DNA of 64,000 nt from Azolla caroliniana (Eukaryota; Plantae; Polypodiophyta). This document shows positions 35,340-45,987 of this stretch, one piece after another; positions within the stretch are counted from its first letter, which is position 1, and every line of letters starts with the position of its first letter. The notes below the pieces were generated by a model. It ran no database searches and was not told where the DNA came from. It saw nothing but the letters and a program-made list of their open reading frames with translations. Where the stretch lies: contig JBHGNT010000007.1 of assembly GCA_043228905.1 (NCBI GenBank), positions 930,001 to 994,000 of the forward strand. Reading direction: 5' to 3'. Both the position numbers and the translations under genes were made by a program.

Positions 35340-38300
35340 CTAACCGGACTGGTTTGTCGTTACGCCCATCTGATGCCGAAGAAACCGAAAGCGGTCTGCC
35401 GAAAGACACTTGGTCATTCCATCTGCGACATTGTCGGTTGTGGATATTTTCTCTAGACCGATTTTCCCTGAAATGACGCAGTCCCGAACGAAGTGATATC
35501 GAACGTCGATATGTTTGGAGGCGTTGTGGTGAACCGGATTTTTCGACAAGGCAACAGCACCTTGACTGTCGCTGTAGACAACTGGAGCCGAGTCATGGTC
35601 GACTTGTCGAAACGTGTGCGCCAGCCGACCGAGCCACAAAGCTTCTTTTGCTGCGTCGGACGCAGCTACATATTCTGCTTCGGTCGTTGAGGTCGTTGTG
35701 CACTCCTGAAGTTTCGACTTCCACGAGATTGCTCCATTGCCGAATTTGAAGCAGTATTCGGTTGTTGATTTCCGACTGTCTATACAGCCGGCGAAATCCG
35801 AGTCGGTGTAACCGACTACGCCTGAGGTTCGGTTCGGACCGAAAAGAATGTCGTGGTCTTTTGTGCCAGCCAGATATCTGAACACATGCTTGACTGCGTT
35901 CCAATGCGATCGGCCAGGATTGTGCATAAATCTGCTAACGACTCCTACGGCATGAGAGATATCAGGCCGTGTCGCGACCATCAGGTACATAAGGGAGCCG
36001 ACTGCCGGTGCATACGGTACCGACTTCATATCTTCCCCCTCCGGACCGGATGTCGGGCAGTCTCGCTGAGAGAGCCGAAGATTCATGGGGAGCGGGGTTG
36101 AAGCAGATTTGGCTGATTGCATGTTGAAGCGTTCCAAGACACGTCCGATATAGTCGGTCTGAGACAAAAAAAGATGTCGTTTATCGCGATGCCGACTAAT
36201 CTTCATGCCAAGGATGTGTCGTGCCGGACCGAGGTCCTTCATGGCAAACTTCAACCGCAGTTGCCGAATGAGATCGGCAAGTTCGCCCGCGTGGCGTCCA
36301 GAAATTAGCATGTCGTCCACGTAGATGATGAGGAAGATGGGTGATCCATCTTGAGCTGTGTTGGTAAAAAGACAATGGTCCTCATCGCTTTTTGAGAAGC
36401 CGATCGATTGGATGAAGTCGTCGAACTTCTTGTACCATTGTCGCGGTGCCTGTTTGAGGCCGTATAGACTCTTCCTGAGTCGGCAGACTAGATGTTCTTG
36501 GCCAGTTGCCACGAAGCCTTTTGGCTGCTCCATATAAATTTCCTCGTCAAGATCACCATGGAGGAAGGCTGTTTTGACATCTAGCTGAATCAGCTCCAAG
36601 TTGTCGGCTGCCACTACGCCGAGCAGAAAACGAAGGGTTGTCATTTTCACCACTGGTGAAAAAATCTCGTCGAAGTCGACGCCATATTCTTGTCGGAAGC
36701 CCTTCGCAACTAATCTGGCCTTGTACTTTGGGGTGGTCGAATCAGACGTCTCTTTTAGTCGATAAACCCACTTGCAAGGGAGAGCACGTCGGTTCCTAGG
36801 TAATTCGACCAGATCCCAAGTCTTGTTTGCCCGAATGGAGTGCATTTCCGACTCCATCGCCAGATGCCAGGTGGCGGAATCGACAGATGTCGATGCTTCT
36901 TCGTAAGACGTCGGTTCGCCGGCGTCGGTGAAGAAAATTCCAGGAGAATACCTCTCCGGAGGTTGCGACAGTCTCTCGGATCGTCGAGGTATGATTGGAC
37001 TGGTCGCATCGGGTATCGAGGTCGGATGGTCCGAAACCGAATCATTCGGCTGTGCCGAGTCAGAGTTGTCCGAGTCGGTAGTGTAAGGTTCAGCTACCCG
37101 TGAAGCTGACCGTGTGTTAAGAGCGGGGCCTTCTTGAAGGGTCGGTACATCTGAAAATGTGACCCTTCGGACTTCGATCGGTGTTTTGACTGATGGATTC
37201 ATAGCCGACTCGTTGAACACAACGTTCGAACTTCGGACGATTTGTCTGCGTTCGGGATCCCAGAGTCGGTATCCCATTTCGCCGTCGGATCCATATCCAA
37301 GGAAAATGCATTTCCTGGACCGAGGTGCAAGTTTTCGGCGATCATCTTTCGGAATAAGGGCGTACGCCTCGCATCCGAAGATCCTCAGCTTGTCGTAATT
37401 CGGCTTACTGCCGATCCATAGTTCCTGAGGAATTTGAAGTCCTAGAGGTCTACTGGGTGACATATTGATTATGTGTACTGCCGTGAGTAGAGCCTCTGCC
37501 CAGAAGCCATCCGACAGTCCGGAGTGTTGGAGCATGGAAACTATCCGTTCTTGGATTGTCCGATTCATGCGTTCGGCAATCCCGTTTTGCTCCGGACTGT
37601 GTGGTGCCGTAAATTCACGTCGGATGCCGCGTTGTCGGCAGAATTTGACGAATTCTTCGGATTTGAACTCTCCCCCATTGTCTGTCCGAAAGCATTTCAG
37701 CTTTCGGTCGGTTTGATTTTCTACCATAGCGAGCCAATCTGAGAAGATCGAGAAGACCCGATCTTTGGTGCGAATTGGATAAGCCCACACCTTTCGAGTC
37801 GAATCGTCAATAAAAGTGACGAAGTAAGAGGCACCGCCAAGAGACTGATGCGGCATTGGGCCACAGACGTCCGAGTGGACTAAATCGAGAGGTCTCGTTT
37901 CTCTTGGTGCTGATGTCGGGTGTGATGCGGCTACTTGTTTGCCATACTGGCAATGCTCGCAGAATTGATGGTCGGAGAAGGAGAGTTTGGGGATGTATCC
38001 GACTCTAGATAGGTGCGTGATGCCGGCCTTGTTGAGGTGTCCTAATCTTCTGTGCCATAGTGATGACACAGGAATATCCACCAAAAACAGGTTACCCTCT
38101 CTGAGCGTAACATGTAACGGATACAGGGAGTGTATCTTGGGTCCTCTAGCAAGCAGGAGGTTCCCCCTGTGGAGTGTCCACCCTCCCGAAGAAAAACCGG
38201 CACGAATGCCGTCTTCATCTAGTTGTCCGACTGAGATCAATGGCCTTGAGAGCTCGGGTACATGTCGGACATTGTGGAGTACAAGTGTAGAGCCGCCTGC

Positions 38301-39375
38301 AAGGTTGAGCTCTACTGTGCCGATTCCGATGATGTCACAGTGTTGTGAGTTGCCGACTCGAACTGAGTCGGAGTGACGGATCGTATATTGCCGAAATTGG
38401 GATCGATGAGGAGTCACGTGAAATGACGCGCCCGAATCTAAGAGCCATGTGCTCGATTCTTCAGTCGTGAGTAGAACTTCTGATCCGACTGGATTTTCGA
38501 TTGATAGTATATTCGGGTCGTCTAGTAGCACATCAGCTGAGAAGCTGACGTAATTGATCTCCTCATGCCGGCCACTCTTCTTGTCTGATCTCTGAGACTT
38601 GTCATTCTTGTTCTTGAGTGCGCGGCAGTCGGCTTTGATGTGTCCGGGTTTCTTGCAGTAATTGCAGATTCGGTTATCCCGTGACTGGCTCCGTCTTCGC
38701 TGATTGTTCGGCGGTCGTGAGGAATCTCTTCCTCGTATGTTCGATCGGTCTGTCGAACCTTGTACTACATAAGCGTCGTCTGTTGAGTCTTTGGCGAAAG
38801 ACTTTCTCCGAGCTGCTTCGGTCAGGATTGCGCTCGTGACTTCGGAGTATTTAACAGCCGTGGTTGACGCGTGCGTTGCACACGGTTGTGACGAAAGTTT
38901 CCCATGATGAGGGAAGGCTGCTCATGAGTATCATTGCTCTGAGTTCATCCTCGATTGCCGTCCCCTGTGATGAGATTTGGGAGCTTATGCTTTCGTACTC
39001 GTTGAGATGTGCTTGAACCGAATCGGATTCTTTCATCCGCAAGTTGTAGAGGCGCCGGATCAGAAACATCTTCGTTGCAGCGACCTTCTTTTCGTAGGTG
39101 TCCGACAGTGTTTTCCACAGTTCGAATGCTGTCGTACACGATTGCACCGTAAAGTATACCGATTCCGATAGGTGCATCCGAATCGTGGCGCGGACGATTC
39201 TGTCCAGCTTCTGCCACTCAATTGGTTTGTATCCTTCTGGAGGTTCTTCATTTTCGATGGGATCGATTTGCCCCTTGACTATGAGATAGTCCTGCATTTG
39301 CTCCTTCCAGAAGTTGAAGTTCGATCCATCGAACTTTCGTAGACTCATTTCTGACGAGCCGGATGTTGATGCCAT
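35340..39375 (-). pseudogene. Copia gag-pol polyprotein (Gag, CCHC knuckle, PR, INT, RT, RNase H) with a single +4 frameshift in gag
   Basis: Gag MASTSGSSEMSLRKFDGSNFNFWKEQM... After a gcgt duplication at 38869-38876 the frame continues STTAVKYSEV..CNYCKKPGHIKADC..WLLDSGAS..LVHSDVCGP..RTDNGGEF..YVDDML..YTDSDFAG..KHIDVRYHF..ADGMTK to the stop at 35340. Confidence 0.95.
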
Positions 39376-40056
39376 CAAATTCGGTTTCGGTTGACGAAGC
39401 TCGGTTCGAAGTTGACTACGAACCTTGTTGGAGTGCAGCCGGTTGGCTCACCCGATATCGTTCTAGTCGGATTTGAACCCGAGTCGGTTCGGCTTCGGAA
39501 CTTGCTCGAATTGACTCCGGTAGCTTGAGGGACAGAACCGACTGGTCTTCCCGAATGTTGCCGAGTCGGAGTGAGCCCGGTTCGCTTCAGATATATATGC
39601 CGAATACCGATTATTAAAACCGATTATCTGGACCGATTCTGCTTCGGTTGACTGCAGCAACGAGAGAGACGGATCCAACTGATCCTCCCGAATGTCGATC
39701 AGCCAGATGAAGCACGAATTTGGGTTGTTGTCTTGAGACCGATCTGCACCGAGTGGTTACAATGAGCGGCGAGCAGCGTTTGATGACCTCTTCGGATGCC
39801 GTTTAACCGAATGGAGCACGATTGTGTCAATGTTGCACAAGGGGATTTCACCTCGAGCGGTTACGATCACAAGGGATAGAGTACAACCTGCTGGCTTACT
39901 CCAAGCGAAGATGATCTAACGCGATGAGATGCAAGCCTCGTTTCTCTTCTTCTTCTCTCTTCTTCGAATGACACAGGAAACCGAATGCTGTGCAGGCTGA
40001 GACGACGGCCGACAGCGGATTGAAGGACCGACTACTGTGCAGGCTCTGATACCAGA

Positions 40057-40140
40057 TGTTGCAGACGAGGTCGTCTATGCGGAAGATCAAGAAGCATTCG
40101 ATTAGTGCTGAATACCTGCGTATGACAGTTTCTAGTCGTT

Positions 40141-40197
<57 letters not shown>

Positions 40198-40363
40198 AAA
40201 GACTTCTTATTCCACAAAGCAATAATACAACACCCAACCTTGCAAAAAGGTTACAAGGTCAATATATATAGTGACCGACTTAGGGCAACTACCATTTATG
40301 CTAATTACACAAATGGCCCAAAGGGATAGTGTGAATACGTCCATTATACACTTGTATTCGACA
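40057..40363 (-). repeat. Copia 5' LTR (307 bp)
   Basis: Adjacent to the PBS. Contains (CT)n on the minus strand and a TATA-like tatatata. Confidence 0.96.
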
Positions 40364-41579
40364 TAGCCAAGATGTCCAACCATTTCATTTGGGCTAACAA
40401 CTTGACTTGGTCACAAAAGTTGATGCCAACTATATGGTGTGAAGGGTAGAAGTTTGGACTTGTTGAAGTTAACATGCAATCCAACAACTAATCCATACTA
40501 TTTGAGGGCATCATAATCACCCTCATATCATTTGGATAGTTTCGTGACAAGAATGATGTATCATCATTATAGTTTTGGGCCACATCATCGTGTTATTTGG
40601 AATCAAGTCACTAAGTTGGCCCTTTCCTTAGTACTTGTGCCATCTCTAGATGGAGATCGCAGGATTCAAGATTGGATGTTACAAAAAAAAAACATTGTTA
40701 TTCCAATGCATAACATTACAACACATTCAATGTATATGTTGTTGCAACTTGTCCCGTGGTTTCACGAACATGCAAATGCATTATGGAACCTACACAAAAC
40801 GTAGTCCTAGTGGAAAAACAGGCTTACAAGCTTATGGAGCTCTGGTCTTCCACTTAAGCAACGGGTATTCCTATGGAGATGCCTATTGGGTGTGCTCCCG
40901 ACTAGGTCGAATCTTCAAAAGAGATCGATAGCCTCACCAAATTGTGCAAGATGTGGTGGACGATTGGAAACGGTCCCACACTTATTATGGACTTGTTCAT
41001 TCACTACATCATCTGTACAGAGACTAAGCACATCTCTTTATCACAGATTTCCCGGTCGAAGGTTTGATAAACACTTTTGGCTATTTGGACAAATTCCATG
41101 CGCCCTATCCAACAATGCCTATTTTCTCCAATGGACACGATTTTGGGCACTATGGACCATTTGGACAGCCCGCAATAATAAGGTCTTTAATCGAAACCAA
41201 ATGCATGAAGTTAGCTTTTTTAAGCAATCCCTCAGGCAATCTCTATTTGATTGTTTGCAACTTAGAGACATCACACTACAAATCTATAATCTTTACTTTG
41301 AGTGCTTTTAAGCTCTTTAGTGTCTAATCGACACTTGTATATTTTTCTTTATTCTTTGTGGGTTTTCACCTCACTTTGAGGTTTCCCACTATTAATAAAA
41401 TAATTACTAAAAAATAATAATGAGGAATGACTTGGATTCTATGCAACAAAAATTTATATTATGAATTAGATTGAGTTAATGTGTTGTTCTTTTTAGTGTC
41501 GATTACATTGCTCTGGACATTCCTTCAGTCAAATGTTGTTTGGGGATGAATCCTTCCTAAGATGGTAGGTTATTGATAA

Positions 41580-41905
41580 GAGTCTATTACTAATCAATAG
41601 ACCAAATAAAAGTAAACAAAAGGTGAATAGGTTTGATAGAAGAACCTGATCCTCATGACTACTCCGAAGTTTTGATTAAGACATAACCAACTTATCATTG
41701 ATGTACCATATTAACGGATGTTAGCATGACAAGTGCCTTGGGCTAGGCTTGTTAGGAGTCCATTACTATCAATAAACCAAATAAAAGTAAAAGAAAGGTG
41801 AATAGTTTGGATAGAAGAACATGATTCTCCCTACCACCCTTGAGCTATGATTAAGACATAGCCAACCTACCGCTTATGTCTCATACCAATTGATATTAAG
41901 ATGAC
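41580..41905. repeat. Diverged tandem duplication, ~175-bp period x2
   Basis: gagtc.attacta.tcaata.accaaataaaagtaaa..aaaggtgaatag.tt.gatagaagaac.tgat...tgattaagacata.ccaac at ~41580 and ~41756. Confidence 0.8.
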
Positions 41906-42399
41906 TAATACCTTGGAATAGATAACACAGATGTTGCGATGAAAGCCGAAATCACATCACTAGTATATCGAGACTTTAGCCTTTCGAAGTAATGTGTTTT
42001 ATGAGCATAGCTAGGCCTCATAGTTATCCTTCTTCCTATGCCCCTTGAATATATATGTTTTTCTAAAAGACTCCCCATTTGTCGCTTGTCAAGATCATGA
42101 TAGTGCATGCACCAATCATTCCTTTTATCTAATCACATTAGTCTCTTTCTAACATCGGTGAATGTACACTTCACTTATGTTTTGTAAATATTAGTGACCT
42201 ACCCTCACCTACGTTATGTGTGCATAACTATTACATAGGTGCTCACTCTTCTTGGTGGAGATTTGAGTACAACACTTAAATTATCATGATTGTTGATGAT
42301 TCTTCGCAACTCTCACAATTTACATATTGAGCACGTGATAACTAGTTGATATTGATTTTTCGTTATGTTTTCATTGGCCTCTCTATGAACGCTAAAAAA

Positions 42400-44590
42400 T
42401 ATTTGTCTATTACATAGTATACAGATCATCATACTTCAGTGATGATGAAATGATGCTACCTCAACACCTAACTTGTCTGAGAAAGCTCAAAGAAGTGTCA
42501 AAACTCTATTAGGGCGAGGTATACGGGGGTAGTAAAATGTGATTGGATACATTCTAGCATCTTTACCTTCTATCGAGGACAACATTGATGGTTGACATTT
42601 GCATTGTAATATTCCAATCTTGATATTTTAATATATTTTCACTTAACCTCAAATGCCTTTAGTAATCTATCCTAGACGATCATATACTTCATTGCATTAC
42701 ATGATAGCTCCAAAAGAACTTTTACTCCCTGTCGTTTAAACCATTTGATGATCTCGAGCATCCAACCATACGAGAGGGTTTTACTCTTACTAGTTTTTGT
42801 AACTTGCACCCAATGTTTCAAGTAGGTTTTGGTAATATCTTATCATGCACATTCTTGACTTTTGTGATGTCTTTGTCATATTTTTGCATGTTACCACCTC
42901 GACGGGTTGAGCACTTGTGTCTAATAACATGATAGATAGGATGTTGAGGATTTTATGCCCCATTGTTATGCGTATTCTATTTCATTCCATGCATATGTTT
43001 GTGGTTAGAACATGGGTTACTTGTGTTAGCATTCTCACTTCTAGTACCTTTAGGTGTTGCCACCAACAACCTTCCTCGATTGACAGAACTTTCCATATCC
43101 TTACCCTACACAAACCAAGTACAAGTCTATCCTTGGGGTGGTTAGAGAGCGTCCAGTGCTAGCTTGGTCAATCCTTGATCAATATGAGCCATGTATTGAC
43201 CATGATTTCAAACTCTTGTTGATTGGATAGTTAACTATGCATAGAGATCGACCATTTGGTGCCTGGAGAGGCCTTTATTGAGATCAAATTCGAGGCCATA
43301 CTAGTGGAAATGTGAATGCTTGAATGTAGGTGAGGTGAGGAGAAGTCACAACGATGTGAAAAGATGAGATGTTCTTTGGATTTTACTATCAAGGATATTG
43401 ATGTATTCACCAATGAAATTTTCCAGGATTTGGAGCATCTTGACTTTCTATGGGTTTATTATGACTAGGGTGGGGAAAGGCAGACTAATTGATGAGAATC
43501 ATAGGACACATTCTCTTAGTAATGAAATAATTGAGCAAGGGAGAGGGTACAAATAGAGTAGTGCATATGCTTGATGGGTGGGTTGTGAACTACTATTGAA
43601 ATTAGTGGTCAATGTGTGAATCAATGAAGGTGTCAAGGGGGATCGTGTGCCTAGAGGTTTGATGAGCAGATTTGGGACATTGTGGAGGCAATTCCTAGAC
43701 TCAACGGGGACAAATGTAGGACATGGATACATCACACACTTTATCGTTATATAGGGCAAGGAACAAGAGCAAGTATATACGTCATGCATCTATGATATTG
43801 AGATAAAAAGAATATAGCCGAGTAAGAAGAAGGGCCAAGTTGTAGAAATCAAAGTGCAAGAGGAGTTGTGGCTACATGTTGATTGTCAAATCAATTGGGT
43901 GGTTAGTCAACCGACTCTATGCTTTTGATCTAACAACAATATATGAAATCAACGATGTCCAACCATTTTTGAATTGTTGTTATGGAACAGTCTATGCTTG
44001 TGATGGGAGTGGCAATTGTTGGTGTGCAAAAGGGTGATTGAATGAAAAGGCTTTATGAAAGGCAACATTAGTAAGGATTGAGCCTCACAACTATTCAATA
44101 TAATGTGTTATTGGTAAGGTTGGGTTCACTGGAGTGAGGAAAAAGGTTGTGTGTTTGAGGGTAGTGGGTGGAGCGGTGTGGCGTGGGAGAACGGAGTGAG
44201 GATATACATGATAAGGGCCACGACTTGTTGTGAGGGTGGGGGTAAGAGCGTTGGTAAGGGGAGTAAATATGTGCCATAGGAGGTATGCAGTTGGAATCGT
44301 CACCAAATATAGGATATGTGATGTTTAGGATAACATGGGTGCTAAGAGTTATGCGTATAGGAGTTGGGTTGAGGGGAAAGAGGGAAAATGTGAGGCTGAG
44401 CTAGCAATGGATTGGTGTGCAAATGGGTGGCCGTATATGGGGGAAGGTACATAGGTGTTTGGGCTACAACAAGACAATGAGGTGTAGTTAGGTATGACAA
44501 GCAAAGACATGTGGTGGTATATAGTGGCAAAGGAATGAAAATCGAGTGAAGGTGTCATAGTTGGGGCTGGGTTGAATCCATCACCCCCCA
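42400..44590 (-). mobile_element. Probable ancient LINE remnant
   Basis: Strong strand skew, with only faint GDFN-like (~44300) and KASPG (~43270) motifs in EN-to-RT order. No intact ORF. Confidence 0.3.
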
Positions 44591-44949
44591 CACATCATCC
44601 TCTTCTCCTCTCCCCTCCCAATCACCAAACCATGTATACTTGTCCCCATCTTGTCTTATGAAATGTTGTGCCAATTAAGTGGGCTGGGAAGTTTCATAGT
44701 AACCAACCCATTTTATCGATCTATCATAGTTAAGATGACCATTATATCAACAATATATTTTATCGATTTGCTATATTATGGACGTGAATATGACTCACAA
44801 TCAACCATAAAGACATTCTATGGGCATGAGTTTCTCTCTCTCGTAATTAGCTTACCCTAGTGGTAAGTTGTTAACACTACAAACACTGGGTCTTGGGTTC
44901 TCTGTATTATATACTTCATATATATCTCTTAATTCACTAGATGCCACTG

Positions 44950-45020
44950 TGGAATGTAGGGATTGAACCCATGACCGCATGGTCTCCGTTGGGCAACCTT
45001 ACCAACTAAGCTACATCCAT
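44950..45020 (-). other. tRNA-like sequence (SINE head or tRNA pseudogene)
   Basis: Reverse complement ggatgTAGCTTAGTTGGtaagg...ggtcatgGGTTCAATCCctacattcca has near-canonical A and B boxes and a partial acceptor stem, but no credible anticodon arm. Confidence 0.55.
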
Positions 45021-45987
45021 TTGGGCACTCATTATCTTTGTCTTTGTCTCTCTCTCTCTCTCTCATTCTCAATACACTTTGCACAGTTTCTTAATGGTGA
45101 TGTATGAATGTCATACACACTCTTACTTCTTCGAGATTGGTTCACTTATCGTCAAGCTCACGAGCATGGATGGGGTTGTGGAACACATGCTTATGACTAT
45201 CCCACATCTCTCTCTCTCTCTCTCTCTCTCTCTTGACCACATGTTCGCATCATGTTTCTCGAATCTTTGCCGTTGCTACTAACCAACTAACTTGCGATAA
45301 CATGAAGACTCGAAGCGAGAGAGTGCGAGAAAAAGGCGATAGAAACTCGATCGTGTTTTGCATGTGTGTCATACATGCGTCTTTGTGTGTGGATTGATTG
45401 GAATAGGGCCAAACCTATAAACATTACATTACATTACATTACATTGTATATTGTGTGTGTGTGTGTGTGTGTATATTTAGAGATCAATCTTTAAAGGGGG
45501 GGTTGCGAAGACTCTGTTTTTTCCTCTGTTCCTCTTTGCTCTGTTTTTCTTCTTCTTTTCTTCATTCCCCAACTTTTTTTTTTTTTTTTTTTTTTGTTCC
45601 TCTGTTTTCTTCTTCTTCTTCTTCTTCACTTTATTTTCATCTTGTTTTCCCATCTCACCGAGTCTCCCCTCATGCTGGTCGCTTCTTCACACCGACCTCA
45701 CTCCACCGCCATAGCCATAGCCATAGCCAGACCTCCACGGATCTCGTACACCGCAAATCAGGTAACTTTTTCCACTACTCCTGGGACATCTGATAGGGTT
45801 TTGAAGCAGAACCTAGATCACAAACAGATCAATCGAAGAAGAGTCGTAGAAGAAGAAAGAACAGAAGGTAGGGAAGAAGAGAAGATAGGAGAGGAAAATA
45901 TAGAAAAAGCATATGGACGAACAGTATACAGAGGAATATATAGAGCGATAGGAGGCGAGGTGAGAGAGGAGGGGGGGCAGTTCTTTT

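Larger units (their letters stand above)
34850..40363 (-). mobile_element. Full-length, very recent Ty1/Copia LTR retrotransposon
   Basis: LTRs 40057-40363 and 34850-35146 (TG..CA) look identical apart from the (GA)n tract and its edge. Perfect 5-bp TSD tagcc (34845-34849, 40364-40368). iMet PBS TGGTATCAGAGC (40054-40043). PPT gggggag (35153-35147). Confidence 0.98.
34152..41429. mobile_element. L1-type LINE insertion with 5' inversion, flanked by TSD taatgaggaatg and interrupted by a Copia
   Basis: Minus segment (~40550-40364 plus 34849-34164) reads GLHVNFNKSKLL..GHLG|YPLGW..KVRQKLSYWK..PRLSGGLSILNL. Plus segment (~40555-41311) encodes the zinc-knuckle end CARCGGRLETVPHLLWTC..WTIWTARNNKVF, then aataaaa and an A-rich tail. 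The same 12-mer occurs at 34152-34163 and 41418-41429. Confidence 0.8.

Noticed and set aside
35493-38376. Plus-strand ORFs antisense to Copia pol
   Set aside because: Expected shadow ORFs of a GC-rich coding region with no recognisable domains.
44950-45020. Functional tRNA gene
   Set aside because: The anticodon stem-loop does not pair and the acceptor stem is imperfect. Kept only as tRNA-like.
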